The notes beneath the pieces were generated by a model. That model was not told where the DNA came from, ran no database searches, and saw only the letters and a list, made by a program, of their open reading frames with translations. Made by a program: the position numbers and the translations under genes. A stretch of 64,000 nucleotides of DNA, from the NCBI GenBank assembly GCA_041906785.1, contig JAYRIM010000028.1, positions 121,661-185,660 on the forward strand, read 5' to 3'. How positions within the stretch are numbered: position 1 is the first letter of the stretch; each line of letters opens with the position of its first letter. Source of the stretch: Candidatus Levyibacteriota bacterium (GTDB taxonomy: Bacteria; Patescibacteriota; Microgenomatia; Levybacterales; UBA12049). Below, in pieces: positions 48,185-55,620 of the stretch.

Positions 48185-49057
48185 ATGGATACTTATCATA
48201 CACCTGTCCTTTTACAAGAAACAATTGAATTTTTAGATGTTCAGTCAGGAAAACGATACATTGATGCAACATTAGGTGGTGGTGGACATACTGAAGCTAT
48301 ACTGAAGCTTGGTGGTACTGTGTTGGGAATAGATACGGATGAAGAGGCTGTTACACACGTTCAAGAGAAACTAAAAATTAAAAACGAAAAAATAAAAATT
48401 ACTAAGGGGAATTTTAGGAATATTGACGAAATAGCAAGAGTGAATGGGTTTGAAAATGTAGATGGCATACTGTTTGACCTGGGTGTTTCAAGTCATCAAT
48501 TCGATAGCGCTGAACGGGGTTTTAGCTTTTTAAAAAAAGGACCATTAGATATGCGTATGGATCGAAGGCTTGGTGTAACTGCGAAAGATTTACTTGCGGT
48601 GCTATCTAAAACAGATCTGGCGAAATTATTTATAGAATACGGAGAAGAGCGATTCGCACATAAAATAGCTGATGCTATCGTAAAACGAAGAGAAATTAAG
48701 CCTATTGAAAGCACAGAAGAGTTAGAAGCATTAATTCGAATGGTAGTTCCTAAGAAGGAAGTCATCCATCCAGGAACACGGGTATTTCAGGCCTTACGAA
48801 TAGCAGTAAACACAGAACTTGAAAATATAGAAGAGGCATTGCCCAAAGCGATCGAATTAGTACACGTAAAAGGCAGAATTGCGGTTATCAGCTTTCATTC
48901 ATTGGAAGATAGAATTGTAAAACGTACATTTGCGGATTGGGAAGAAAATAACATTGGAAATATACTTACGAAGAAACCTGTGATACCAAGCGAAAAGGAG
49001 ATTGCAGAAAATCCTAGAAGCAGAAGCGCAAAATTAAGAGTTTTTGAAAAAATATGA
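48185..49057 (+). CDS. rsmH: 16S rRNA m4C1402 methyltransferase
   Basis: HTPVLL, DATLGGGGH, DLGVSS, FQALRIAVN, SFHSLEDR. Confidence 0.97.
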   Translation: MDTYHTPVLLQETIEFLDVQSGKRYIDATLGGGGHTEAILKLGGTVLGIDTDEEAVTHVQEKLKIKNEKIKITKGNFRNIDEIARVNGFENVDGILFDLGVSSHQFDSAERGFSFLKKGPLDMRMDRRLGVTAKDLLAVLSKTDLAKLFIEYGEERFAHKIADAIVKRREIKPIESTEELEALIRMVVPKKEVIHPGTRVFQALRIAVNTELENIEEALPKAIELVHVKGRIAVISFHSLEDRIVKRTFADWEENNIGNILTKKPVIPSEKEIAENPRSRSAKLRVFEKI

Positions 49058-49329
49058 AAAAAAGATTTGTCGTCATTTTATTATCTATCACAATACTCCT
49101 TTCCTGTATCCATGTTGTGATATCTAATATGCTTTCGACTGCTGGGGTAGAACTCGATGAAATACAAGAAAAATTAACCCAATATAAAAAAGAAAATTTA
49201 TTACTTCATGAAGATATTTTAGAACATTCTTCTCTGTATTCTATTGCCTCTGCATCAGCGACAATGGGATTTGTCAGTGAAAAATCGCATGTTTATATTT
49301 CCGCGCCTTTACCACTCGCTAAAAGATAA
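49054..49329 (+). CDS. ftsL: FtsL-like cell division protein
   Basis: TM plus coiled coil, between rsmH and ftsI. Confidence 0.6.
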   Translation: MKKRFVVILLSITILLSCIHVVISNMLSTAGVELDEIQEKLTQYKKENLLLHEDILEHSSLYSIASASATMGFVSEKSHVYISAPLPLAKR

Positions 49330-49340
49330 TTTTTGATAAG

Positions 49341-49422
49341 GAGTCAAAAGAGACAAAGGAGACAAATGGGCCAAAGGAATCTAACTTCTGTCCCTTCTGG
49401 TTCTTTGGTCTCTTTTGGTACC
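49341..49422. repeat. inverted nonamer arrays (second copy)
   Basis: GAGTCAAAA GAGACAAAG GAGACAAAT GGGCCAAAG ... TTCTGTCCC TTCTGGTTC TTTGGTCTC TTTTGGTAC. Confidence 0.85.
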
Positions 49423-49429
49423 TTTTATT

Positions 49430-51115
49430 ATGACTTTTCGTTATAGAAGCTTATTGGGATTTTTCGCTTGTATTTTCTTCATTATATTTGCGCGGTTATT
49501 CTATTGGCAGGTTGTTCGTGCACAAGAATTAGCAGAACTTGGAGAGATGCAATATGGCCAATTTATAAAACAGATTCCTAAACGAGGAGAAATACGCACG
49601 AGTGATAACTTTCCTATTGCCGCGAATAAAATAAATTACCTTGTTTTTCTTAATCCGAAAACAGTCCCAGATGATGAGAAAGAAAAAATTTCTCCATTAC
49701 TCGCGCCTCTACTCGAAGTAGATCCAGCAAGTATTAGTGCGAAACTTATGATGAACAGGTATTGGGTAGCCTTAAAACCAAATGTGGAACATTCGGTAAA
49801 AGAACAGATTGAAAAGCTCAAGTTACAAGGAATAGGATTCGAAGAACAAACAGTTCGGTTTTATCCAGAGGCTTCATTAGCAGCCAAATTAATAGGATTT
49901 GTCGGGAAAGATGATGAAGGAAATAATAAAGGGTATTTCGGATTAGAAGGATATTATGATCTACAGCTTTCAGGAAAACCTGGTTTGGCTATGCAGATAA
50001 AGGACGCGTTGGGAAGACCGATATTGGCCAAAATGAATAACAGTTCTGCAAAAGTGGACGGTAGAAATATTATTCTCTATGTAGACCGGAGTGTGCAGTT
50101 TATCCTTGAAGAGGAATTACGGAAAGGCCTAGAAAAATATGGCGCTCAAGGTGCTATGGGTGTCATTATGGACCCGAAAACCGGTGGCATTTTAGGAATG
50201 AGTGCTTTTCCGTCTTTCGACCAGCGAAATTTCCAAGAATATTCAAGTGATTTATATTTAAATCCTATCATTTCCAACGCTTATGAGCCCGGATCGACCT
50301 TTAAGCCACTTGTCATGGCTGCAGGAATAGATAGTGGCGTTGTAAAACCTGAAACCCAATGTCCTATTTGTGATAAGCCTGTTGAAATAGGGGGGTACAC
50401 TATAAAAACCTGGAATAATGAATACCAACCCGGTATTACAATGGCAAACGTCATCCGAGATTCTGATAATACAGGAATGGTTTATGTCTCACAAAAACTG
50501 GGATTAAAGAAAATGTATTCTTATTTAGAAAAATATGGTATAGGGTCTTTAACAGGAGTAGATCTTCAAGGCGAGATGTCCCCTGATTTACGTTCCATAG
50601 ATTCTTGGTACCCTATAGATGTTGCGACTGCAAGTTTCGGACAGGGAATATCTGTTACAGCGATTGAATTAGTAAGTGCTTTTGCAAGCTTAGCAAATGA
50701 TGGAAAACGTATGCAGCCGCATGTAGTCTCTAGTGTCGAGACCCCGGAAGGGGAAATTATTCCAATAGCACCGAAAGAAGTGAATCAAACAGTTTCGCCT
50801 ACGACGACGAAAATAATGCGGGAAATTTTAGTTAATGCTGTGAAAAAAGGCGAGGCTAAATGGGCTGCTCCGAAGGGATACAGAATCGCGGGGAAAACTG
50901 GTACTGCACAGATTCCTATTGAAGGTCATTATGATTCAGAAAAAACCATTGCGTCTTTCATAGGATATGCTCCAGCAGATGATCCGAAGTTTGTAATGTT
51001 GATAGTCTATGATCGTCCGACAAGTTCTATTTATGGATCGGAGACTGCAGCGCCGACGTTTTTTACTATTGCCACGAAATTATTAGCTTACTATAAAATT
51101 CCGCCATCAGAATAA
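49430..51115 (+). CDS. ftsI: class B penicillin-binding protein (FtsI)
   Basis: STFK, SDN, KTGT motifs. Confidence 0.92.
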   Translation: MTFRYRSLLGFFACIFFIIFARLFYWQVVRAQELAELGEMQYGQFIKQIPKRGEIRTSDNFPIAANKINYLVFLNPKTVPDDEKEKISPLLAPLLEVDPASISAKLMMNRYWVALKPNVEHSVKEQIEKLKLQGIGFEEQTVRFYPEASLAAKLIGFVGKDDEGNNKGYFGLEGYYDLQLSGKPGLAMQIKDALGRPILAKMNNSSAKVDGRNIILYVDRSVQFILEEELRKGLEKYGAQGAMGVIMDPKTGGILGMSAFPSFDQRNFQEYSSDLYLNPIISNAYEPGSTFKPLVMAAGIDSGVVKPETQCPICDKPVEIGGYTIKTWNNEYQPGITMANVIRDSDNTGMVYVSQKLGLKKMYSYLEKYGIGSLTGVDLQGEMSPDLRSIDSWYPIDVATASFGQGISVTAIELVSAFASLANDGKRMQPHVVSSVETPEGEIIPIAPKEVNQTVSPTTTKIMREILVNAVKKGEAKWAAPKGYRIAGKTGTAQIPIEGHYDSEKTIASFIGYAPADDPKFVMLIVYDRPTSSIYGSETAAPTFFTIATKLLAYYKIPPSE

Positions 51116-51117
51116 GT

Positions 51118-51184
51118 GTCATTCTGAGCGTAGCGAAGAATCCAAGAGGTCGTTTAAAAGATGTTTCGCTTCACTCAACATGAC
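51118..51184. repeat. GTCAT...ATGAC palindromic element, left flank of GIY-YIG; contains its ATG
   Basis: GTCATTCTGAGCGTAGCGAAGAATC...GATGTTTCGCTTCACTCAACATGAC. Confidence 0.92.
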
Positions 51185-51467
51185 AAATATATATTGGGTT
51201 TATATTCTAACGAACTGGAACAATAAAGTACTCTATGTTGGTGTAACCAATAATTTAATTAAAAGAATATATGGACATAAAAATAAATTAGTTGAAGGAT
51301 TTAGCAGTAAATATAACCTTACTAAGTTAGTATATTTTGAAGAGTTCAATTATATAAATGATGCGATTGCAGCTGAGAAAAAAATTAAAGGATGGGTGAG
51401 GATTAAGAAGAATAAACTAATTGAATCAGTGAATCCAGAGTGGGAAGATTTGACTTTGTCATTCTGA
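51180..51467 (+). CDS. standalone GIY-YIG nuclease (UPF0213-like)
   Basis: YWVYIL...LYVGVTNNL..R, KLVYFE, EKKIKGW, NPEWEDL. Confidence 0.92.
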   Translation: MTNIYWVYILTNWNNKVLYVGVTNNLIKRIYGHKNKLVEGFSSKYNLTKLVYFEEFNYINDAIAAEKKIKGWVRIKKNKLIESVNPEWEDLTLSF

Positions 51468-51554
51468 GTGAAACGAAGAATCTTTCGTAATTGATAAGAT
51501 CCTTGCGCCACCGCTAAAGCTTTAGCGACACGCGGTCACTTCGTTCAGGATGAC
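51458..51554. repeat. GTCAT...ATGAC palindromic element, right flank of GIY-YIG; contains its TGA
   Basis: GTCATTCTGAGTGAAACGAAGAATC...GATCCT[32-bp insert]TCACTTCGTTCAGGATGAC. Confidence 0.92.
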
Positions 51555-51556
51555 AT

Positions 51557-51886
51557 TTATTTGATTGATGTTCCTGGGGGGACTTGGTCGTCTATTTTTA
51601 AGGGTAATGGTTTTTCGCCATCTGCTGCGAGGATCATTCCTTGGGATTCTTCACCCATAAGCTTTCGTGGTTCTAGATTGATAACGAAAATAAATTGTTT
51701 ACCAACTAATTCTTCAGGTTGGTACCAAGGAGCAATACCGCTTAAAATATTTCGAATACCTTCTTCACCAAAATCCACAGTTAGTCTAAGCAATTTTTCA
51801 GATCCTTCTTTACGAACACATTCGTTAATAGTCCCAACGCGAAGGTCAAGTTTTGCGAAATCATCAAATGTTATAGTAGGTTTCAT
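51557..51886 (-). CDS. tRNA-binding OB-fold protein (MetRS C-terminal/CsaA/Trbp111-like)
   Basis: ITFDDFAKLDLRVG, NLEPRKLMGEESQGMILAA. Confidence 0.9.
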   Translation of the reverse strand: MKPTITFDDFAKLDLRVGTINECVRKEGSEKLLRLTVDFGEEGIRNILSGIAPWYQPEELVGKQFIFVINLEPRKLMGEESQGMILAADGEKPLPLKIDDQVPPGTSIK

Positions 51887-52176
51887 GTTTTCCTCTTTCT
51901 TTTTTTTGGCAGAGCATGCGTCATCCGTTCTAATGAAGCTCCGATATTATACGCGATCCACATATAAAAAAGAAGCGTGGTTGGGAAAACAAACAGAAGG
52001 AAAGGATAGGTAATAATATGAAACATTTGGCCGAGCATGAAAAAGGGAAAGTTGAAAATTATCAAGCTATAACCACATGAAATCTTACATGACATTTCGC
52101 TGATAAGAATGATGATACTAACTATAAGAACACTAAAACCAAACACTTTACCTATTAAAGAAGGAAACCTACTCAT
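51883..52176 (-). CDS. small membrane protein
   Basis: Hydrophobic with a basic tail; stop overlaps the next ATG. Confidence 0.5.
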   Translation of the reverse strand: MSRFPSLIGKVFGFSVLIVSIIILISEMSCKISCGYSLIIFNFPFFMLGQMFHIITYPFLLFVFPTTLLFYMWIAYNIGASLERMTHALPKKRKRKT

Positions 52177-52234
52177 GTATATTGATTGTAATTCAAATTA
52201 AATCTCTTGAAAAGATATTTGTTATACTAAATTC

Positions 52235-52813
52235 ATGACAGGTCGGACACATGATTTAGCAGCATTTACAGCATTGACTTATGTTATCGCTACACAACCT
52301 CTTTCGAAAATGTCGCTTGCCACTGCGATGGTTGCGTTTAGTGCGAACATGATTGGTGGTTTAGCACCTGATATCGACCAACCTACCGCTGCTCTTTGGC
52401 AGCGAATCCGTGCCGGTTCACTGCTCGGTAAAATCATCCAACCTCTTCTCGGTGGACATCGCTATATCTCACATTCGCTTATTGGAATAATAATTTTCGG
52501 CATAGCCTTAGATATTATTTTAGATTCATTAAGAACAATACTTTTAGTGGATATGACTGTGGTATGGTGGTCGTTTATGATTGGTTTTCTTTCACACCTT
52601 CTTATGGATATGTTTACACGTCAAGGTGTGCCATGGCTGTTTCCCATTCCTATCCGTTTCGGGTTTCCCCCATTTTCATTTATGCGCATGAAGACCTCAG
52701 GGTTAGTTGAAAAATCATTTGTTTTTCCAATGCTTCTTTTGACAAACGTGTATCTTATTTATAGCAATTATCATAAATTTGTCGATTTCTTTAAGCATTA
52801 TATTATTAAATAG
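52235..52813 (+). CDS. membrane metal-dependent hydrolase (YdjM/DUF457-like)
   Basis: MTGRTH, PDID, GHRYISHS, SHLLMD. Confidence 0.9.
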   Translation: MTGRTHDLAAFTALTYVIATQPLSKMSLATAMVAFSANMIGGLAPDIDQPTAALWQRIRAGSLLGKIIQPLLGGHRYISHSLIGIIIFGIALDIILDSLRTILLVDMTVVWWSFMIGFLSHLLMDMFTRQGVPWLFPIPIRFGFPPFSFMRMKTSGLVEKSFVFPMLLLTNVYLIYSNYHKFVDFFKHYIIK

Positions 52814-52864
52814 TATTGTTAAGCGATTAGACATTAGAAAACAGAAATCTTATAATACTTTTCC

Positions 52865-54172
52865 ATGTGGCAATCACTGAAGAACACCTACCATCTTGCC
52901 CAGTCTTTTTTGGCGAACGTCTATTATGGATTTCCGGCAAAAAAACTGACTATTATCGGTGTGACCGGTACGAGTGGTAAAACGACAACTGCTTTAATGA
53001 TCTATTCGATGCTGCAAGCCGCAGGGTATAAAGTCTCTGTGTTAACGACTATTAAAGCTATAATCGCTGGAAAAGAGTATGATACAGGTTTTCATGTGAC
53101 GACACCTGATCCTCACGTTCTTCCTAAATATCTAAAACAAGCTGTAGATAATGGTGACACACATTTCGTCCTTGAAGTTTCTTCTCACGCTCTCGATCAG
53201 AACCGTGCTGCTTTTGTGCCTTTTAAGATTGGAGTTCTTACAACATTGGCACATGAGCATTTAGATTATCATAAAACTTTCATAAATTATGCTCGAGCGA
53301 AATTTAAGCTATTATTCGCATCAGAATGCTCCGTTTTGCCTAAGGGTTTATTTAATAATGCAGAAATTAGAGATTTACTGGATGATCTTACAAAAAAGAA
53401 AAAAATAAAAACATTTGGTCTGAATTCTGGAGAAGAAACACAAAAAAAATGGCATTTTAAACTGACAATGCCAGGTGAATATAGTTTACGTAATGCATTG
53501 GCTGCTGCAACTGTAGGAGATTACCTTGGGATAGATAAAAAAACGATCACTGAAGCGCTTGAGAATTTTTCAGCAATACCTGGAAGATTTGAAGAAATTC
53601 CAAACAGACGAGGTTTACGTATTATTATTGATTTCGCGCATAAACCAGACGCACTTGAGGCTGTTTTACATGTTGCACGATCTCTTGTGAAAGAGAAAGA
53701 AAAGGTGATTGTTTTATACGGATGTGCAAGTGAACGCGATGTATTAAAGCGGCCAATTATGGGGAAAATAAGCGGCCTCTTATCAGATGTGACCGTATTG
53801 ACAGATGAAGATCCACGAAGAGAAGATCCAATGAAAATAATTGATGAAATAGCACAGGGGTGTCTTGAAAGTGGTGCTAAGGAAGGTGTCATTCTGAGCG
53901 ATAGCGAAGAATCTAATGGCGATTTGTACAAAGTTGCAGGGGATCCTTCGTCCGATGGGAATCGGACTCAGGATGACAAACAACATATATTTTTTAAAAT
54001 TCCAAATAGAGAGGAAGCGATTGACTTTGCAATTAATACAATTGCAAGAAAAGGAGATATCATTCTACTTTGTGGAAAAGGACATGAGCAGTCGATGAAC
54101 TATAATGGCGTTGAGAAACCTTGGAGTGAACACAAAGCAGTAGAAAAAGCATTGAATAAAAAAGATTTATGA
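52865..54172 (+). CDS. murE: UDP-MurNAc-tripeptide synthetase, with an in-frame palindrome insert
   Basis: GVTGTSGKTTT, EVSSHALDQ, HEHLDYH, DFAHKPD, GKGHE. Confidence 0.93.
   Translation: MWQSLKNTYHLAQSFLANVYYGFPAKKLTIIGVTGTSGKTTTALMIYSMLQAAGYKVSVLTTIKAIIAGKEYDTGFHVTTPDPHVLPKYLKQAVDNGDTHFVLEVSSHALDQNRAAFVPFKIGVLTTLAHEHLDYHKTFINYARAKFKLLFASECSVLPKGLFNNAEIRDLLDDLTKKKKIKTFGLNSGEETQKKWHFKLTMPGEYSLRNALAAATVGDYLGIDKKTITEALENFSAIPGRFEEIPNRRGLRIIIDFAHKPDALEAVLHVARSLVKEKEKVIVLYGCASERDVLKRPIMGKISGLLSDVTVLTDEDPRREDPMKIIDEIAQGCLESGAKEGVILSDSEESNGDLYKVAGDPSSDGNRTQDDKQHIFFKIPNREEAIDFAINTIARKGDIILLCGKGHEQSMNYNGVEKPWSEHKAVEKALNKKDL
53888..53977. repeat. GTCAT...ATGAC palindromic element, in frame in murE (90 bp)
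   Basis: GTCATTCTGAGCGATAGCGAAGAATC...GATCCTTCGTCCGATGGGAATCGGACTCAGGATGAC. Confidence 0.92.
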
Positions 54173-55596
54173 ATAAAGATTTAAGACTGAAAAAGATTCA
54201 TTTCGTAGGAATTAAAGGCGTAGGAATGACTCCCCTCGCTATTATCGCAAAAGAAGCAGGAATAAACGTAACAGGTTCCGACGTGAATGAAGTTTTTATT
54301 ACGGACGAGCCTTTAAAAAATGCGGGAATAAAATCATTCACTGAATTTTCTCCTGATCATATAACAGATGATATCAATCTCGTTATCACTACTGGTGCTC
54401 ATGGAGGATTTCAAAATCCAGAAGTCTTGAAGGCTAAAGAAATGAATATTCCTGTACTAACACAAGGGGAAGCTGTCGGCGTTTTTATGGATGGAACAAT
54501 TCTTGGACGGAAAACACTGGGGATCTCTGTAGCTGGAACACATGGTAAGACAACAACAACAGCCATGATCGCTACTGTTTTAAAAAAATCAAAACAGGAT
54601 CCTTCTTATGTTATCGGGACAAGTACTATACCTTCTTTAGGTAATGCAGGTCATTATGGAAAAGGAAACTATTTTGTGGCTGAAGCAGATGAATATGCTA
54701 CCGAGCCGATGTCTGATAGAAGAGCGAAATTTTTTTGGCAACATCCGAATATTGCTGTTATCACTAATATCGAGCTTGATCATCCTGATATCTATGAGAA
54801 TGTTAGCGTTATGCGGAATACTTTTTTACAGTTTGCACAACAAATTCCAACTGAAGGAGTACTCGTCGCGTGTGGGGATGATCATGAAGTCCGCACATTA
54901 TTAAAAGAATATACTGGTCGTGTTATTACCTATGGCTTTTCCCCTGCGAATGATTTTATTATAGAACATACTTCTTTTTCAGCTCAGTCGACTTTTTTTA
55001 GAGTAAAAGCGTATGGGACCAGTCTAGGAGAGTTCTTTCTTCATGTATCGGGAGAACATAATTGTTTGAATGCGCTTGCATCAATTATCGTGGGATTTGA
55101 AGTTGGGTTGTCGTTGGATGTAATCTCAAAATCATTAGCTGAGTTTAAAGGTACTAAAAGAAGGCTAGAGTTTATCCGAACCCTAGAAACCGGAGCCTTG
55201 CTTTATGATGACTATGGGCATCATCCAACTGAAATTCAGAAAACGCTTGCAGGGCTTCGATCAGTGTACCCAAAAAAGAAAATTACTTGTATTTTCCAGC
55301 CTCATACATATTCACGCACAAAAGTCCTTTTTGAGGAGTTTTCTCGGGCCTTTCAAGAAGCAGACGAGGTCATAATAATTGATATTTACCCTTCTATGCG
55401 GGAACAGCCAGATTCGAGTGTCTCTTCAAAATTACTAGTTGAATCCATTAAAAAACATCATCGGTCAGCTCTATTCCTCCCAAAACTTCATGATGTGGTA
55501 AAATATATCGATGAAAAACGACCGGGGGAAGGTACGGTTGTCGTCACAATGGGTGCAGGCGATATTTATAAGCTAAATGAGTTGATGACAATCTGA
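54169..55596 (+). CDS. murC: UDP-N-acetylmuramate--L-alanine ligase
   Basis: GIKGVGM, GTHGKTTT, EADE, DDYGHHPTE, FQPH, MGAGD. Confidence 0.96.
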   Translation: MNKDLRLKKIHFVGIKGVGMTPLAIIAKEAGINVTGSDVNEVFITDEPLKNAGIKSFTEFSPDHITDDINLVITTGAHGGFQNPEVLKAKEMNIPVLTQGEAVGVFMDGTILGRKTLGISVAGTHGKTTTTAMIATVLKKSKQDPSYVIGTSTIPSLGNAGHYGKGNYFVAEADEYATEPMSDRRAKFFWQHPNIAVITNIELDHPDIYENVSVMRNTFLQFAQQIPTEGVLVACGDDHEVRTLLKEYTGRVITYGFSPANDFIIEHTSFSAQSTFFRVKAYGTSLGEFFLHVSGEHNCLNALASIIVGFEVGLSLDVISKSLAEFKGTKRRLEFIRTLETGALLYDDYGHHPTEIQKTLAGLRSVYPKKKITCIFQPHTYSRTKVLFEEFSRAFQEADEVIIIDIYPSMREQPDSSVSSKLLVESIKKHHRSALFLPKLHDVVKYIDEKRPGEGTVVVTMGAGDIYKLNELMTI

Positions 55597-55620
55597 CCAT
55601 TTTTCCGGCTTTATAGTATT

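Noticed and set aside
22329-49422. Short-period arrays as CRISPR
   Set aside because: Units are 7-10 nt with no unique 25-45 nt spacers, and no cas genes are present.
51118-51554. GIY-YIG cassette as a group I intron or classical IS
   Set aside because: Intergenic and too short for a ribozyme core; no transposase motif or target-site duplication seen.
39330-53977. In-frame inserts as inteins
   Set aside because: Only 20-33 aa, with no Cys/Ser start or His-Asn end; conservation is at the DNA palindrome level.
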